Below are positions 1 through 12,000 of a stretch of 64,000 nucleotides of DNA, piece after piece (positions within the stretch are counted from its first letter, which is position 1; each line of letters starts with the position of its first letter). The stretch comes from Octopus bimaculoides (lineage: Eukaryota). The stretch covers positions 36,280,878 through 36,344,877 of the forward strand of contig NC_068998.1 of assembly GCF_001194135.2 (NCBI RefSeq), read 5' to 3'. Under the pieces are notes generated by a model, which had not been told where the DNA came from, did not search any database, and saw nothing but the letters and a program-made list of their open reading frames with translations. A program made the position numbers and the translations under genes.

Positions 1-55
<55 letters not shown>
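1..55. repeat. (TAT)n microsatellite
   Basis: Pure TAT run directly upstream of a family A SINE. Confidence 0.95.
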
Positions 56-56
<1 letters not shown>

Positions 57-57
<1 letters not shown>

Positions 58-270
58 GGCGGCGAGGTGGCAGAATTGTTGGCGTGCCGGGCAAAATGCT
101 TAGCGGGATTTCGTCCGTCCTTACGTTCTGAGTTCAAATTCCGCCGAGGTCGACTTTGCTTTTAATCTTTTCGGGATCGATGAAATAAGTACCAGTTACA
201 CACTGGGGTCGATGTAATCGACTAACCTCCTCCCCACAAATTTCAGGCCTTGTGCCTATAGTAGAAAAGA
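57..270 (+). mobile_element. tRNA-derived SINE, family A (full length)
   Basis: A-box-like TGGCAGAATTG, B-box GAGTTCAAATTCC, body GAGGTCGACTTTGC..GATGAAATAAGTACCAGT..GGGGTCGATGTAATCGACT, ATT tail; many copies in the window. Confidence 0.9.
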
Positions 271-537
271 TTATTATTACTCTTACAGTGGCTTACTGTT
301 CCGAATATCGCTAGTGCGCACGTTCCTCTTCTTTCCTTATGTACTTGCCTGCCTGTCAATCTGTCTGTCTGCCTGTCAGTCTGTATGTGTCTCTCCCTCT
401 CACTCCCTCTTTCGCTCTCTGTTTCTCTCTCTCTCTCTCTCGTCCACCATGCCCTTATGCCCCCTACAAATATAGTGAGCATTTCAAACGTTAGCAAGTC
501 CAAAGCAAGAAATTCGACAGCTGAGATAATCCATAAA

Positions 538-612
538 ATCGACCCTGATACTTCACTGTTACTTTGTTTTATCGACAACAGAAGGATGAAAAGTAAAGAT
601 GATCTCGTCAAA
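538..612 (-). mobile_element. SINE family A fragment
   Basis: Reverse complement of the family A central body, diverged. Confidence 0.55.
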
Positions 613-691
613 CCTTAAAATTAGAACGCAAAAAGGTGGATCATGGATCCCAATGCAATATGTTCCACGTCATGATATTTCTCTTAACCAC

Positions 692-1250
692 GCAGGAGTG
701 GCTGTGTGGTAAGTAGCTTGCTTAACAACCACATGGTTCCGGGTTCAGTCCCACTGCGTGGCACCTTGGGCAAGTGTCTTCTACTATAGCCTCGGGCCGA
801 CCAAAGCCTTGTGAGTGGATTTGGTAGACGGATTCCGAAAGAAGCTCGTCGTATATATGTATATATATATATATATNNNNNNNNNNNNNNNNNNNNNNNN
901 NNNNNNNNNNNNNNNNNNNNNNNNNNNNNNNNNNNNNNNNNNNNNNNNNNNNNNNNNNNNNNNNNNNNNNNNNNNNNNNNNNNNNNNNNNNNNNNNNNNN
1001 NNNNNNNNNNNNNNNNNNNTATATATGTATGTATGTGTGTTTGTGTGTCTGTGTTTGTCCCCCTACCATCGCTTGACAACCGATGCTGGTGTGTTTACGT
1101 CCCCGTAACTTAGCGGTTCAGCAAAAAGAGACCGATAGAATAAGTACTAGGCTTACAAAGAATAAGTCCTGGGGTCGATTTGCTTGACTAAAGGCAGCGC
1201 TCCAGCATGGCCGCAGTCAAATGGCTGAAACAAGTAAAAGAGTGAAAGAG
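692..1250 (+). mobile_element. tRNA-derived SINE, family B (bipartite, internal (TA)/(TG) microsatellite with gap 877-1019)
   Basis: Head GGAGTGGCTGTGTGGTAAG..GGTTCAGTCCCACTGCGTGGCACCTTGGGCAAG; 3' module CTTGACAACCG..GATAGAATAAGTAC..CCAGCATGGCCGCAGTC..GAAACAAGTAAAAG. Confidence 0.9.
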
Positions 1251-1253
1251 TAA

Positions 1254-1473
1254 CCCTTTAATATTTAAACCGGCCATATCAGACCAAAATATTCTTCCTG
1301 TTTTATGTTCAAACAGGCCAGATCCAGCCTGTCATACCTACCCTACAATGCTAATCTAAAAATGAACAATCACATAATTGAAATTTCAAAGCTACGAGAT
1401 AAGGCAGGATAAATCCATAACAATGTGAATAAATAAGCATTAGATGTGACAGAATAATCTGAATGCTAAAGGG
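1254..1473. mobile_element. piggyBac-like MITE
   Basis: Ends CCCTTTAATATT / AATGCTAAAGGG (imperfect TIR) flanked by GTAA and TGAA (degenerate TTAA); non-coding, 220 bp. Confidence 0.65.
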
Positions 1474-1849
1474 TGAAACCATTTCATCAGAACTAACACA
1501 TTTCATTGCTACTGTCTGAACTCTGCGTTCAAATCCCATCGGAGTGAATTTCACTCGAACCCATCTTCATTCCGCTTCTTTCTCTCTGGAAGAAATCAGT
1601 TGTGGTCAGATCTGGAAGTAGATAAGTTCCTGCAGGCTTAAATCCCACAACACACACCGTATGTCTTTCCGGCAGTGCTTTTACGACTCTGCCAGAAGCT
1701 GACGCTGTAAGAAAGAAAGAAAGATAGAAAGAAATGGGAACCCTCGTATATTGCCTCTGTACAACTACTACATGGCCGGGTTACACACATAAATTTCACA
1801 TCAACTTAGCAAGATCTATAATGCACATGGTATTCTATAATAGTTTCTG

Positions 1850-2000
1850 GTTGATGATTGCAACAGTCTCTTCTAGCATTCTTCTCCGACTTCATATTTC
1901 TGCAACACAATGCTTCATATCCAAATATGTACACCTCTCACCTATATGTGATCTTATTGACTTCTTCTCCGACTTGTCAAACTTAATCATTTCCCCTTGT
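1850..2000 (-). mobile_element. Highly degraded RTE-like LINE fragment
   Basis: Minus strand gives ..FGYEA.. and ..RRRMLE.., resembling the RTE LYGCEAW / RRML motifs. Confidence 0.3.
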
Positions 2001-2185
2001 GTTATTACACACATGGCACATTTGTCAATACTAAACTGCATCGCAATAGCTTTCTGCAGTGAATTCTAACAGAATCAATTGGAGAAATATGTATTGCAGT
2101 AGAATTTGAGGTTGATATGTAAAAATTACGCGGTTGATTCTTTCACAGCTTCTTGCTCAGAGCTTGGTTTATTACTTTGCTAGAA

Positions 2186-2362
<177 letters not shown>

Positions 2363-2369
2363 TGCATAT

Positions 2370-2776
2370 ATTACAATTAAAAGGGTAAAGGATTATCAAT
2401 TTATTAATTTATTAATAAATGAATAATTAATAATTTTTACCAAGCCCTTCGGTATGTAAGCACCATTATCGGTGTGGAACTTATTTAAAAGTTCATTATA
2501 CATTTATAAACAAAATTAAGGGATCAGCAACAGGTTGCTTCACCACATACCGAAGTTCAGAAATAGCAGCTAAAAATGCTGAAAACTCCAACAGATAGCA
2601 GTTACCCGCAACTCACATAGGCAAAACAAGAAGAAAAATAACGAACTAAACTAGCCATAGTTAATCATAAACATGTTTCTGGTTTAGAAGGAAAAACTCT
2701 TCATTACCTCATCGGTATGATATTCTTGTTGTAAATTCGACGATACTGCATTGGGGTCCATGATCCACCTTTTTGC
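2370..2776 (-). mobile_element. Penelope-like pLTR / retrozyme-like non-autonomous element carrying a hammerhead
   Basis: HHR at 2664-2721 followed by a T-rich tail containing CCCTTAATT; tail resembles those at 30610-30730 and 30925-31045; 5' part matches 628-656. Confidence 0.6.
2664..2721 (-). ncRNA. Minimal type-I hammerhead ribozyme (near intact)
   Basis: Minus strand: ATCATA CCGATGA GGT..GAAG..CTTC..ACC A GAAAC AT GT T TATGAT. 6-bp stem I, core with U4C, G-C closed stem II plus 1 extra nt, palindromic stem III ACATGT, GUU site. Confidence 0.7.
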
Positions 2777-3122
2777 CTACAGGAACTTATCTACTTCCAG
2801 ATCTGACCACAACTGATTTCTTCCAGAGAGAAAGAAGCGGAATGAAGATGGGAACAAGTGAAATTCACTCCGATGGGATTTGAACGCAGAGTGCAGACAG
2901 TAGCAATGAAATGTGTTAGTTCTGATGAAATGGTTTCACCCTTTAGCATTCAGATTATTCTGTCACATCTAATGCTTATTTATTCACATTATTATGGATT
3001 TATCCTGCCTTATCTCGTAGCTTTGAAATTTCAATTATGTGATTGTTCATTTTTAGATTAGCATTGTATGGTAGGTGTGAGAGGCTGGATCTGGCCTGTT
3101 TGAACATAAAACAGGAAGAATA
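2775..3122 (-). repeat. Inverted duplicate of 1290-1637 (MITE part plus its unique flank)
   Basis: 348-bp reverse complement, about 9 substitutions by eye; explains the twin 67-aa ORFs at 1351 and 2858. Confidence 0.95.
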
Positions 3123-3281
3123 ATGATTAACTATGGCTAGTTTAGTTCGTTATTTTTCTTCTTGTTTTGCCTATGTGAGTTGCGGGTAATTGCTATCTGT
3201 TGGAGTTTTCAGCATTTTTAGCTGCTATTTCTGAACTTCGGTATGTGGTGAAGCAACCTGTTGCTGATCCCTTAATTTTGT
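3123..3281 (+). repeat. Inverted duplicate of 2510-2668 (post-hammerhead tail)
   Basis: 159-bp reverse complement, 1 substitution seen. Confidence 0.95.
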
Positions 3282-3829
3282 CTACATATGCATATATATA
3301 GATATATACATATTATAAGTGTGTGGAGGTGTGGGGGTGTATATTAATATCTATATATGTTATACATACATATATGTATATATATATAGGCAGGTATGTA
3401 TATGTCATATATATATATGTATATATATATATANNNNNNNNNNNNNNNNNNNNNNNNNNNNNNNNNNNNNNNNNNNNNNNNNNNNNNNNNNNNNNNNNNN
3501 NNNNNNNNNNNNNNNNNNNNNNNNNNNNNNNNNNNNNNNNNNNNNNNNNNNNNNNNNNNNNNNNNNNNNNNNNNNNNNNNNNNNNNNNNNNNNNNNNNNN
3601 NNNNNNNNNNNNNNNNNNNNNNNNNNNNNNNNNNNNNNNNNNNNNNNNNNNNNNNNNNNNNNNNNNNNNNNNNNNNNNNNNNNNNNNNNNNNNNNNNNNN
3701 NNNNNNNNNNNNNNNNNNNNNNNNNNNNNNNNNNNNNNNNNNNNNNNNNNNNNNNNNNNNNNNNNNNNNNNNNNNNNNNNNNNNNNNNNNNNNNNNNNNN
3801 NNNNNATATATATATATATATATATATGG

Positions 3830-3860
<31 letters not shown>

Positions 3861-4124
3861 AACGCATATATAAATACATATGTAAGTATATCTATCTATC
3901 TATCTAGCTAGCTAGCTAGCTAGATAGTATCTCTTCCTTCTAACTTTCCATTCGCTTGATACTTTCCTACGCAATTCAGTTGTTTTTAAAATATTTAAAA
4001 ATAAACATTTTCTAGTGGACTGGGATAAGTGTTGTAGAGCAAGGTATGCAGCTCTTGGCAAACCAAGTTAGCATTTCACTCCCGCTAATATACATTGGTG
4101 AGTGCTAGAGTGTATCTTTCATCT

Positions 4125-4440
4125 TTTACTTGTTTCTGTCATTGGACTGCGACTTTGCTAGAGCAACACCTCGAAGAGTTTAGTAAACGAAAATAAAACA
4201 AAAGAAAAACAAACCCAGCACCAGTTATCAAGTGGTGAGGAGGACACGCACACACATACACACACGCACGCACGCTCACACACTTATATACAAAATGGGC
4301 TTCTTTCAGTTCCTGTTTACCAAATCCGCTCACAAGACTTTGGTTGGCCTGAATCTCTACCCAAGATTCCACGCAGTGAGACTGAACCCGAAACCATGTG
4401 GTTGGGAATCAAACTTATTAACGCACAGCTATGCCCTCGC
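4125..4440 (-). mobile_element. SINE family B, degraded
   Basis: Reverse complement of head (CTGAACCCGAAACCATGTGG), internal CA tract and partial 3' module. Confidence 0.8.
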
Positions 4441-4859
4441 CGATGTTCAGTTTCCATGACGATGTATATTCAATCACGTAACAAACTTACTAGTAATTTT
4501 TCCTGCAGAAACGAACATTTTGCTCGGCCAAGTTCGGAAGCGAATCTATAATGTCGCTCGACCTGGCCGATAAATTCTCCTTCAGTGCATATCTTAACCA
4601 TCTGAAAAGGGAACAAATATATTTTGAGAAAGTTAATTCTAAGGTCACGTCTAGAATACTGTTCGAGTGCTATCCACTCAGACCAAATGCACGTGAAGTG
4701 GATGCTCTGTTCTCAGCAAGACCAAGGTTTGGAATATCCGGAATGCTAAATCTGTGGGTTATATGTGGGTTGCACCAAGATCTTTGACCATTTACCAAAG
4801 ATTTGTTTGAGCAACAACAACAACACCACCACCACCAACAGCAACAACGTAATAAATAT

Positions 4860-5070
4860 TTCTACTTTAGGTACAATGCCTGGAATTTTGTGGGGAGGGG
4901 CTAGCTGATCATTTCGAGTCTAGTGCTCAACTGATACTTATTTTATCGACCTTGAAAGGATATAAAGCAAAAACGACCTCTGCAACATTTTGTATTCAGA
5001 ATGTAAAACCGGAAGAAATGCTGCGATGCATTTTGTCCGGCAGGCTAACGATTCTGCCAGCTCTCCGCCT
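4860..5070 (-). mobile_element. SINE family A
   Basis: TACTTATTTTATCGACC..GAAAGGAT..CTAACGATTCTGCCAGCTCTCCGCCT. Confidence 0.85.
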
Positions 5071-5199
5071 TTACACAATAAACCTGTAATAAACCTGCTG
5101 TTCCTCACTTTATTCGTGTTTGTATATTTTTTTTGTATAAGGATAGTTCATTTTTGTTTTTATTGTTGTCATCGTTGTTCTCACTGTTTAGCTCCCAGC

Positions 5200-5370
5200 A
5201 AGAAATCCTTTGATCAAAGTATCCCAGTGATAATCCACTCCATCTTTTGAGGTATGCAGACTATTAGCCAAATGCATTTTTTGGTTATTTAACATGGTTA
5301 TGGTGCTGCGTTGAGATAAATTTGGCTGTTATTTTTAGTAGCAAAGCAACGACGCAGAGACGTCTTCATT
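5200..5370 (+). repeat. Dispersed repeat family D (unclassified, old)
   Basis: GATCAAAG..ATCC..TTTTT..AAATTTGGCTGTTATTT motif order recurs at about 9670-9800 (-), 29270-29420 (+), 29487-29597 (-) and 40830-41010 (+). Confidence 0.4.
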
Positions 5371-5635
5371 GTCTCTTTGTCAAACAATACGATTTTCTTG
5401 GTAAACATTAAGATGTCTGGTCAAGTGTGAGTTTTAATATTTCAATATTTTATCTCCGGTTCCTCGACTGGAATTCGGATCTGGTTTTATTGCGTGGTTT
5501 GGTTTGTCAAATAAATTCGTTCTTTTTTAAAAAATTTTATTTAAAATTTTAATCTTGTCCAATGTTATTTGAATTAAGACGAAAATATTTTTATCGTAAT
5601 GTTTTATGTTCTTTTTCCTAGCTCTCTTCATCTGC

Positions 5636-5960
5636 AGTGAAGGTGCGTGGTTTAGAGGTTAGGGTATTCTGCTCAGGATCGTTAGGTCGTGAGTTCAATT
5701 CCCGGCGACGCGTTGTGTTCTTGAGCAAGACACTTTTTTTCAAGTTGCTCCAGTCCACTCAGTTGGCAAAAATGAATAGTACCTGTATTTCAAAGGGCCA
5801 GCCTTGTCGTATTCCGAGTCATACTGAATCTCCCTGAGAACTACATTGAGGGTACATGTGTCTGTGGAGTGCTCAGCCACTTGCATGCTAATTTCACGAG
5901 CAGGCTGTTCCCTTGATCGGATTAGCTGGCACCCTCATCGTCGTAACCGACGGAATGCCA
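5636..5960 (+). mobile_element. tRNA-derived SINE, family C
   Basis: A box TGGTTTAGAGG, B box GAGTTCAATTCC, central TTCTTGAGCAAGACAC..GCTCCAGTCCACTCAG, 3' GTGGAGTGCTCAGCCACTTGCA..GTAACCGACGGA. Confidence 0.85.
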
Positions 5961-6639
5961 TTTCTTCATCTGCCACTTTTGATAATCGTTTTGTGAAATT
6001 GGAATTAATTTGACCTCTTTTCAGACATATGCCGATGGTGTATCGAGTAGAAAAAAAAAAGAACGAATGAATTTATCTGTCAACTACATATTATTACATT
6101 TTTTTTCTTTTGTTTAGTTTTCCTTCTGTTAATTGATTGCTTCGTTGTTCTCCAATTCCGCCTACAGTTGTTTGCATTTCGTATTTTCACAAATATCTGA
6201 TCAGATCAGTATTACTCTGTTTCACTTCTGTCTATCATTTTATTAGCTTGGTATTCTCCAACACAATTCATTTGTATTCAAAATAGCATATTTGCCGGTA
6301 CACTTGCATGAGATAAACCCTTATATTCTTGTGGAAAAAAACGAAGAAAACAAACAAACAAGTAAATTCATTGTTTCATCTTTCACTCATACACTCTGTG
6401 TACTATCTGTAATACGATCACATTAGACGCGTGGTAATTTTTTGTTACATTCAAGAATAAAAATATCACGTCTGGATATTTAAAAAAAAAAAAAAAAACA
6501 TTCTACCAGTGAATTGTGACAAGTAAGAACAAGGCATGGACGAGGCAATAATGGCAAATGAGATGTTCGTTTTCTGGTCGAAGCCATGTCCATTCCATTA
6601 ATATTCATCGGTGGATCCTAGTGTATATCTGTTTAAAAT

Positions 6640-6777
6640 AAATTCTAGTACTTATTCTATTGATCTTTTTTGTTGAACCGCTAAGTTACAGACAGGAGCA
6701 TAAGCAAACCAACACCGTTTGTCAAGCGGTGGGTGACTGGAAAAACACAAATCCAAAGACACTCACCNNNNNNNNNN

Positions 6778-6851
<74 letters not shown>

Positions 6852-7010
6852 ACGACGGGATTCTACAAAGTTTTCGCTTACCAAACTCACTCACATGGCA
6901 TCGATCAGCCTGGAGTTATAGTAGAAGACATTTACCCATGGTGCTGTGCAGTGGATCGAACCATAACCCACGTGGTTGCAAAGCAAGCTTCTCAACCTCA
7001 TAGCCACATC
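6640..7010 (-). mobile_element. SINE family B with internal (CA)n
   Basis: Reverse complement of both modules around a (CA)n tract and a 10-N gap. Confidence 0.85.
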
Positions 7011-7557
7011 TGAAGAAAACGTTTATCAGGAAAGGCAAGTACATCACAACCTCCGATTCTTCCCTCTCAAATATAGAACTTTTGAATTTAGTCAAACAGA
7101 AACGACATTTTGATGAATTTTAAAAGAAGATATAGTTGGTATCATCATTATTTCAGTATTTTTGTATTAGTGGCTGCGACACTGTTGTCGTTTTCTATTA
7201 ACTATTTCATTAATCCGATTTTCTTATTAACAACTGACATTTTTATGCAATCTCAATTTCTCTAGAGTTGTTAAGGCTTTCTTGGAATAAGCTTCAGTGT
7301 TTTCGCATGGCGAGTTTGCTGCTGTGACGGTTCGTTTTCAAATATCCATTCGATGCACATTGGCTGAACAAGTCGACTGTAAGTATCTAAATTATCTAAT
7401 TAAAACGGTGACATCATTCAGATAGTGGACCGCTGGATAAAATGGTTTGAGTAGATTAAAATATCTAATTACGCAAGTTAACGTTGGTGTATTCAGAGTG
7501 GCTCAAATTCTTAGTTAATCCCACTGAGCTGCGAACATCTCGTACTTTTCCGTAGAG

Positions 7558-7740
7558 ACGCAGGTATGGCTGTGTGGTAAGAAGTTCGCTTTCAAGCCTC
7601 ATGGTTCCAGATTTTGTCCCACCACGTGGCACCTTGGGCAGTTGGACAAGTATCTTCTGCTATGACTCCATGCAGACCAAAGCTTTGTGAGTGGATTTGG
7701 TAGACTGAAACTGAAAGAAACCTGTTGTATATATGTATAT
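7558..7740 (+). mobile_element. SINE family B, 5' module (interrupted by PLE insertion)
   Basis: GGTATGGCTGTGTGGTAAG..GTGAGTGGATTTGGTAGAC..GAAACTGAAAGAAACC then TATATG. Confidence 0.85.
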
Positions 7741-8255
7741 TAGAATTAGGGGAAATTACTGGGCTTCAACAATGGAGTAACAGTCAACTGTAATAGACTG
7801 GTTTAAGAATATCAAGAATAAGAATAAGGTTAAATTTACACAGTTTGATATTATAGACTTTTATCCCTCTAGGTCTAGATCGCTACTCGATAAAGCTATT
7901 GAATTTGCTAAATTATAAATTGATATTGACCCTATATATCTAGATTTTATCAGGCATGCAAGGAAAACACTATCGTTCAGTAAGAGATTAGCATGGGTAA
8001 TTCCGTTTTTCGTTTTCTGTTGTTTACTGTTTGCGTTTTCTATATGCTTCCTTCTCAGTTTTCCGCATTTCTTCTATTATTCAATTTCTTTAGTTCGTTA
8101 TGATATATGGTTTGCGCCTGAAGAATATGTTTGAGTTTTCTCGACATATGAAACTATTAGTATCGCTTTAATACATGTATTGTGACCTTCAAATAAATAA
8201 TATTTATCTCTCACCAGATGGAGTACTTTTTTTGTTGAATTTTCTATTACGGATC
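7741..8255 (+). mobile_element. Penelope-like element relic: RT fragment fused to a pLTR with hammerhead
   Basis: Translation ..QQWSNSQ/VIDWFKNIKNKNKVKFTQFDIIDFYPSRSRSLLDKAIEFAKL*IDIDPIYLDFIRHARKTLSF..AWV matches the PLE RT FDIxxFYPS motif; jumps at about 8000 to a T-rich 3' region. Confidence 0.85.
8114..8166 (+). ncRNA. Minimal type-I hammerhead ribozyme
   Basis: GCG C CTGAAGA [ATATGTTTGAG TTTT CTCGACATAT] GAAAC TATTA GTA T CGC. Intact core, 10-bp stem II with 1 bulge, near-palindromic stem III, GUA site, short 3-bp stem I. Confidence 0.7.
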
Positions 8256-8260
8256 AGTAC

Positions 8261-8335
<75 letters not shown>

Positions 8336-8570
8336 GTGTGTGTGTATATGCCTGTCTCTGTATGTGCGTGTGTGAATTTGTGCGTGTGTCTATCCACCAC
8401 TACCGCTTGATAACCGGTGTTGGTGTGCCTACGTACCCATAACTTAGCGGTTCGGCATAAGACACCGACAGAATAAGTACTATGGGTGATCTGCTCGACT
8501 AAACCTATCAAGTTGGTGCCCCAGCATGGCTACAGTCCAATGACCGAAACAAGTAAATGTAAGATCTAGG
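8256..8570 (+). mobile_element. SINE family B, (TA)n plus 3' module
   Basis: CCACCACTACCGCTTGATAACCGG..GACAGAATAAGTAC..CCCCAGCATGGC..GAAACAAGTAAA. Confidence 0.85.
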
Positions 8571-8965
8571 TTTACATTTTCCAATACCCTTCCTTTTATA
8601 AAACAATATTCTTTTATTGGTTTGAATCATTGATTAACAGCCATACTGGAGATTGCCTTCGGTGTGCGATTTGAGAGGATTTGAGTCAAGTTACCTCACA
8701 GATCTTTTCGTTTGTTGGCGCCAAATTCCGCCATATCTTAACTTACCTTCAAGCAGAGACAAATCAATGAAGTTTGATTGTACCGTTCCTCTTTAACAAT
8801 CTACGCTGGCGCTTAACTCGGGAAAAAAAATCAATATTTAATTTAACTGCAATTAATTTAATTATCTGTCTATCACTTGTCGCGAATAGTTTTATGAAAA
8901 TGGTCATACACGAAATATAGAGCCGTAATATCTTAGATAATCATGTCTTTGGTGCACCGTTGTGC

Positions 8966-8966
<1 letters not shown>

Positions 8967-9054
<88 letters not shown>

Positions 9055-9065
9055 CAGCAGCAGCA
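8967..9065. repeat. (TAG)n microsatellite
   Basis: Seen directly. Confidence 0.95.
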
Positions 9066-9193
9066 ACAGTAACAGAAATAGTTGTAATGGTAGTAGTTGA
9101 TGTTGCTTAAATTCAGGTCCTGATTGAGTAAACCCATGATCGACGACTTTCCAGACTCGATAATCCACTTATTTCCCCCACCTTCCAGTACAA

Positions 9194-9243
<50 letters not shown>

Positions 9244-9361
9244 CCATCCGCTATTCCTGGGAGGATCGTGAGGGGTAGAGTCCTTAGGCACCTCCTCCAT
9301 AGGGGGGTGTAATCTCTTAGTTATGAGAATCGATTATCCGATATAGACGTTTTACTTTGCA

Positions 9362-9367
9362 TATGTG

Positions 9368-9442
<75 letters not shown>

Positions 9443-9560
9443 CCGGACACCAGACAGTTTCCGTCTACTAAGTTTACTCACATGGTATTAGTCGACTCAG
9501 GGCTACATCAGAAAATACTTACTTAAGATACCATGCAGTGGGACCGAACCCGAAACCACT
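9362..9560 (-). mobile_element. SINE family B, 5' module with (CA)n
   Basis: CAGTTTCCGTCTACTAAG..CCATGCAGTGGGACCGAACCCGAAACC. Confidence 0.75.
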
Positions 9561-10399
9561 GATTCGACTGTTGCGATGAATAGCTTAATATTGATTCACC
9601 TGGACAATTTGGAGTTCCAGGCCCTCTTTAGTTTGTGAGAAGCTGTCCATGCTTATGCCATTCTGATCTTGATGCAATTTATTGTTAAAAAAAAAAAAGG
9701 AAGGTCAGATTGGGTCATGCAGTTTTGAAAAGATAGGATTATCAGGAATGGAACATCTTTGATCATATGGCTGTTCGATCATGGTTGACTTGGGGTTAAA
9801 CGACGGTAGTAACAACACAATGTAATCTCTTAGTTATGCCAATTCAACGCATGAGAATCGATTCTCGGATATAGACATTTTACTTTTAAATCACTTACAG
9901 AAGTAAAGCTTTGGAGAAAGGTATTCATTCATGTCATACATTCTTATCCTCGTTCCCCGATAAATCAGAGAAGAATTATGCCAATATGAAAATCAATAAA
10001 AAGAGCATTTATTGAAATTTTATATTGTTTCAGCAACGTCTAATATAGAAAGCGACATTTCCATACAACTAAGCACATTTAAAACATTTTGTCACAACAA
10101 CGTTGAGTTAAATTAGTTTACTATATTTTGAATAATAAACCTAATTTATTTGCCTGCAAGAAAATTAATTCACTGCAGCAGATGCTGCTGCTGCTGCTGC
10201 TGCTGCTGCTGATAGTAATAAAAATGATAACTACTACAATGTTTACATATACACAGCAACACTTTACAAAAGGTGTTACAGGAAGTGTGGGAGTGTGGAT
10301 ATATAGTTATATAAAAGAGGGAGAATGCAAAATGTTATGCAATATATATCAGGTCATATTAAATATATAATACAAATAAACTTGTAGAATGGACGTGAA

Positions 10400-10401
10400 C
10401 A

Positions 10402-10453
<52 letters not shown>

Positions 10454-10474
10454 CATCCATCCATCCATCCATCC

Positions 10475-10510
<36 letters not shown>

Positions 10511-10525
10511 GTCTATTTATCTACA

Positions 10526-10570
<45 letters not shown>

Positions 10571-10730
10571 ATCTATCTATCTATCTTTCTGTTTGTCCAT
10601 CTATATGTCTCTGTCTGTCTCTCCCTTTCTCTTGCTCCCCATCTATCTTTTTGTCAATATATCTGTGTCTAAACATGTCTGTCTGCCTGTCTCTCTATCA
10701 AACCTTTCTCTGTCTGTCTCTCTCCCTCTC
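10400..10730. repeat. Compound (TCTA)n/(CCAT)n/(CT)n microsatellite
   Basis: Seen directly. Confidence 0.95.
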
Positions 10731-10734
10731 TAGT

Positions 10735-12000
10735 GGAAATCCACCAATTATGTTACATTAGAGTAGCCCATGACTCTAGTAACCTTCCTCTCGAAGTTCT
10801 TTCCACTCTGTGCATCGCCCGCATGGTCTTCATTGAGGTCATCCAACAAATCCTAGTGGACCTTGTCTGTACCATTAATACCCGTGAATCTCTCACTGTT
10901 CCAGGTGGGATTTGTTTGAGATCGTTTTTGTCTAAAACAAATCCCCCACCAGAATTTCTCGGCCACGCTCGTCATTGTAGATGGTGGTTTTATTGAAACA
11001 AACGCTTCTTGACTCTGCTGATGTTGCTGCCTCTGTTGTTCACCTCGTTCTCTTCATTTCTGCTTTTCTGCCTTTGCGGAGCAGGATGCTTTCAAGTGCA
11101 TTTCATTGTCGCACATGTTACCGTGTTTTAACGACTTTCTCCTGTACCTGCAATGAGGAACAAATTAAAGATACTCAGTGGTTATTATTGAGAGTGGTAT
11201 TCAATACCTGGATTTCCATGCAGTGTCTGCTAGGCAACATGCAACATATCCTTATGATCGGCTCAGCACTCACAACCAACCAGCGTTGTGCTTCAGATAT
11301 GACGATGAGCCGCCAAGAGTATATGTCACTGCCAATATCTCTTGATGTGATCCTTATGTTCGGTGGGGGAAGACGCGTGGCTTAGTGGTTAGAGTATTCG
11401 GCTCCCGATCGTAAGGTCATGAGTTCGATACCCGGCAGCGCATTGTGTCCTTCAGCAAAACCCTTCATTTCACACTGCTTCAGTCCATTAAGCTGGCAAA
11501 AAATGAGTAGTGCATGCAATTCAAAGAGCTAGCCTTTTCACATTCTGTATGACGTTGAATCCCCCTAAAAACTACGTTAGAGGTACGCGTGTCTATGACG
11601 TGTTCAGCCACTTGCACGTTAATTTCGTAAGCAGACTGTTCCATTGATCGATCAACTGGAACCCTTGTAACTGAAGGAGTGCCAGTTTATGTTCTGTGAC
11701 TCCATATATTGCAGCATGAGCCTGTCTCTTAGTGTGTAACACACTAACTCACCTGCCGTCTCACTTCGTTCTCAGTCTTGAAAACCAGGCATACATTCCC
11801 ACATGCATTGTATTGGTAGATAGGAACAGCAACATTCCATATAGCGGTCAGTACATCCTTTAACTGCTTCTTTGAAGAAACACTGAAAGCCTCTTCTCTA
11901 CTTTCTGACAGACCGATGTGTACCACTTTTCTACTTGTTCTTTCTTCAATTAAATCTTCCTGCAAGGAGATAAAATATTTTGTGGCATTCCTTTCTTACA
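10735..12000 (-). mobile_element. Degraded N-terminal region of an R4/Dong-like RLE LINE, interrupted by a SINE
   Basis: Broken minus-strand frames with lysine/arginine-rich stretches and an EKFWWG-like segment resembling the pre-RT region of R4-clade ORFs; many stops. Confidence 0.35.
11368..11684 (+). mobile_element. SINE family C
   Basis: A box TGGCTTAGTGG, B box GAGTTCGATACC, collinear with 5636-5960. Confidence 0.9.

Noticed and set aside
1205-1245. Family B 3' tail AGTC-AAAT-GRCT-GAAAC-AA-GTA resembling half a hammerhead
   Set aside because: No CUGANGA upstream in the copies I checked and no stem I; cannot be called a ribozyme.
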